64,000 nt of DNA from assembly GCA_040222015.1 (NCBI GenBank), contig JAVJWO010000022.1:21720-85719 (forward strand), given 5' to 3'. Shown piece after piece: positions 61,959 through 64,000 of the stretch. Numbering within the stretch: the stretch's first letter is position 1; every line of letters starts with the position of its first letter. Origin of the DNA: Coleofasciculus chthonoplastes F2-STO-03. GTDB lineage: Bacteria; Cyanobacteriota; Cyanobacteriia; Cyanobacteriales; Coleofasciculaceae. A model generated the notes under the pieces. That model worked only from the letters and a program-made list of their open reading frames with translations, searched no databases and had not been told where the DNA came from. Position numbers and translations under genes: made by a program.

Positions 61959-62209
61959 ATGGCACTGAAATAAGCCTTTTGGCATCGCCGAAACCATTGA
62001 GATACCGTAGGGTGGGCACTGCCCACCAACATACCAGTCAGTACCATTCCATTTAAGTTCAAAGGCAGGAGGCTCAAAGGCAATGAGAAAGGATATGAGA
62101 ACTCCCCTAGCTTCCAGACGTAGCATGCTACGTCTCTACATTGCTTCCCTACACCCTCGCTTGTGGATGTGCCACAATCGAAAGGAATGGGCAACGTGAC
62201 AGCTTTGCC

Positions 62210-63901
62210 ATGGTTAAATCGAAATCGAAATCAAAATCAAAAAAATCGAAAACCTCAAAAAAAGGGAAAAAGCAGTCAAAGCAGTCTGAAGCCCCTCTCC
62301 TGAGTTTGAAGGAGCAGTTAGCCCAAAAGCGTAAAGCACAAAAGCAGCGCCAAGAACTGATTCAATGGCTGTTCATGACGCTATTGCCGGGGATATTCCT
62401 AGGCGCGATCGCGAGTGTGGTTGCTGAACCCAAGATGGGTGTGATCGCCGGAGCTATCATACCTTGTTTTGGTCTGTCCTATAAATATCCCCGCAAGGCA
62501 CTGTGGCTATTTCTCATTTACATGCCCTTTAGCGGCACTGTTGTGTATATGCTTGGAGGTAGCGCTCTACTCCAATTAGCCAAAGATGGATTATATATTC
62601 CTGCCCTCATTGGCTTATACCAACAGTGCCGACGCGAAAAGAAACCCTTCTTTGTTCCCCAAAGCATCATGCCAACACTGAGTATTTGCTTGGTGTTGTC
62701 TCTGTTGACATTATTCTTTGTCAACGGTTTGCAGTTGACAGGCAAGGAGTCAGGACAACCCTTTCTTCAGGGAGTTTTGGGCTTGAAAATTTTCCTGGGA
62801 TATGTTCCCTTGATTTTTTGCGCTCAACATTTGCTCAAAAGTAAAAAGGAGTTGCTATTTTGTAGCCGATTACATCTAGGTTTGGCAATTACTTGCTGCC
62901 TCCTAGGGCTGTGGCAGTACATGATGCTTAAGAGCGGCAGGTGTGCTGGTACGGATCATCTCTCAGGGGTTGAGTTATTTAAAGCCAGCTTAGAGGCTCG
63001 CTGTTATATTGGTGGGGCTTTACTGTACAGTCCATCACAGAATATGATTCGCTTGCCAGGAACCTTTGTGTCTCCTTGGCACTGGGGTTGGTTCTTGATA
63101 GGCAATAGCGCATTGACATTTGCCGCCGCATTTAGCGATTCGTCTTTTTTGTGGCGGATTGGAGGTTTGGTGGGAATGGCACTGGTTTTTGTCAATGCGG
63201 TCATTTGCGGTCAGCGAATTGCCCTAGCTTTGGTTCCGGCTATTACGATACTTTTGTTGATCCTCACAGGTCAGATAACGAATCTCAAGCGGTTTATTCC
63301 AATTGGGGTGGGACTCGCCGTGCTTTTGGGGATTGGATTAGCCATGAACCCAGAACTGGTTCAGGAACGGATTGACAGTTTTAAAGGGCGTGCCGAGGCT
63401 TCACCACCGCAAGCATTTATTCAAGAGCAATTTGAATGGGCAAATCATAACACGAAGGGTTTACTAGGGAGGGGTTTAGGACGAGCCACGAATGCTACTC
63501 GTACCTTTGGGGATATTTCACTGGTTGAAACCTATTATCCAAAACTTATATTTGAAGTAGGTGTAATCGGCACCCTAGCGTTTTTGGCGTTTGTGACGCA
63601 CTTGACATTTACTACATTTCAAGCTAAACAATCGGTTCGTGACAAAAATTTACGCAGTTTTGGCTCTAGTTATTGGGTCTTTGTTTTGATTATCAGTTAT
63701 AACACCTATTGGTATCCTTTGGATACAGACCCCGTAGCTGTCTACTACTGGTTCTTTGCAGGAGTAATCCTAGCCTTACCCAAGATAGACCGACAGGAAC
63801 TGCGAAAACAGAAACTTGTCGAACAACAGGATGAACCTGAGATGCAAAAGAACGGTAAAAAAAAGGGTTCTAAACCACGTATTGCTACCCCAGCAGTCTA
63901 G
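62210..63901 (+). CDS. hpsL: Hormogonium polysaccharide biosynthesis protein HpsL-like (Wzy/O-antigen-ligase-like membrane protein)
   Basis: Lys-rich N-terminus, many TM helices, IRLPGTFVSPW.W.WFL, ETYYPK, YNTYWYPLDTDPVAVYYWFFAG. Confidence 0.75.
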   Translation: MVKSKSKSKSKKSKTSKKGKKQSKQSEAPLLSLKEQLAQKRKAQKQRQELIQWLFMTLLPGIFLGAIASVVAEPKMGVIAGAIIPCFGLSYKYPRKALWLFLIYMPFSGTVVYMLGGSALLQLAKDGLYIPALIGLYQQCRREKKPFFVPQSIMPTLSICLVLSLLTLFFVNGLQLTGKESGQPFLQGVLGLKIFLGYVPLIFCAQHLLKSKKELLFCSRLHLGLAITCCLLGLWQYMMLKSGRCAGTDHLSGVELFKASLEARCYIGGALLYSPSQNMIRLPGTFVSPWHWGWFLIGNSALTFAAAFSDSSFLWRIGGLVGMALVFVNAVICGQRIALALVPAITILLLILTGQITNLKRFIPIGVGLAVLLGIGLAMNPELVQERIDSFKGRAEASPPQAFIQEQFEWANHNTKGLLGRGLGRATNATRTFGDISLVETYYPKLIFEVGVIGTLAFLAFVTHLTFTTFQAKQSVRDKNLRSFGSSYWVFVLIISYNTYWYPLDTDPVAVYYWFFAGVILALPKIDRQELRKQKLVEQQDEPEMQKNGKKKGSKPRIATPAV

Positions 63902-64000
63902 TGAGGGAGATAGGGGAGATGGGGGAGATGGGGGAAATAAAAAAAATAAAAAAAATAAAAAATTATCTCAACACTAAATTAAAACAAATTTTGGACCAAA

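Noticed and set aside
48..63375. Many short antisense or overlapping ORFs in the track (e.g. 559-1050, 39139-39402, 59005-59382)
   Set aside because: Shadow frames of well-supported genes with no independent motifs

Overview
Chromosomal window from a cyanobacterium. Dense HIP1 octamers (GCGATCGC), heptamer STRR arrays, palindromic intergenic repeats and hpsL suggest a filamentous, Oscillatoriales/Coleofasciculus-like organism (inference). Most of it is housekeeping and envelope genes: lptA-lptB-lptF/G, coaBC, tRNA-Pro(GGG), class II ribonucleotide reductase nrdJ with an intein, a PucC-type MFS, two inositol-monophosphatase-superfamily phosphatases, an M16 peptidase pair, tyrA, glmM and hpsL. 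There is also a Ser/Thr kinase-ATPase-GAF-PAS-His kinase operon, four PEP-CTERM genes and a DUF928x2/CHASE2 locus. The most notable observations are: (1) a ~370-nt, apparently non-coding and heavily base-paired element with a predicted pseudoknot and terminator at 33.19-33.56 kb that matches no RNA family I recognise; (2) an isolated contractile-injection-system tube gene, coupled to an unannotated 52-aa ORF, with no sheath or baseplate in the window; (3) an NrdJ intein with both LAGLIDADG catalytic Asp positions changed to Asn; (4) two TnpB elements, one intact and splitting a DUF4332 gene, one internally deleted with inverted ends and a small divergent ORF; (5) an ~11-bp-phased motif upstream of all four PEP-CTERM genes; (6) a vapBC remnant with a truncated toxin inside a duplication of the aldo/keto-reductase 5' end. 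Family assignments come from motif recognition only; no searches or folding programs were run.
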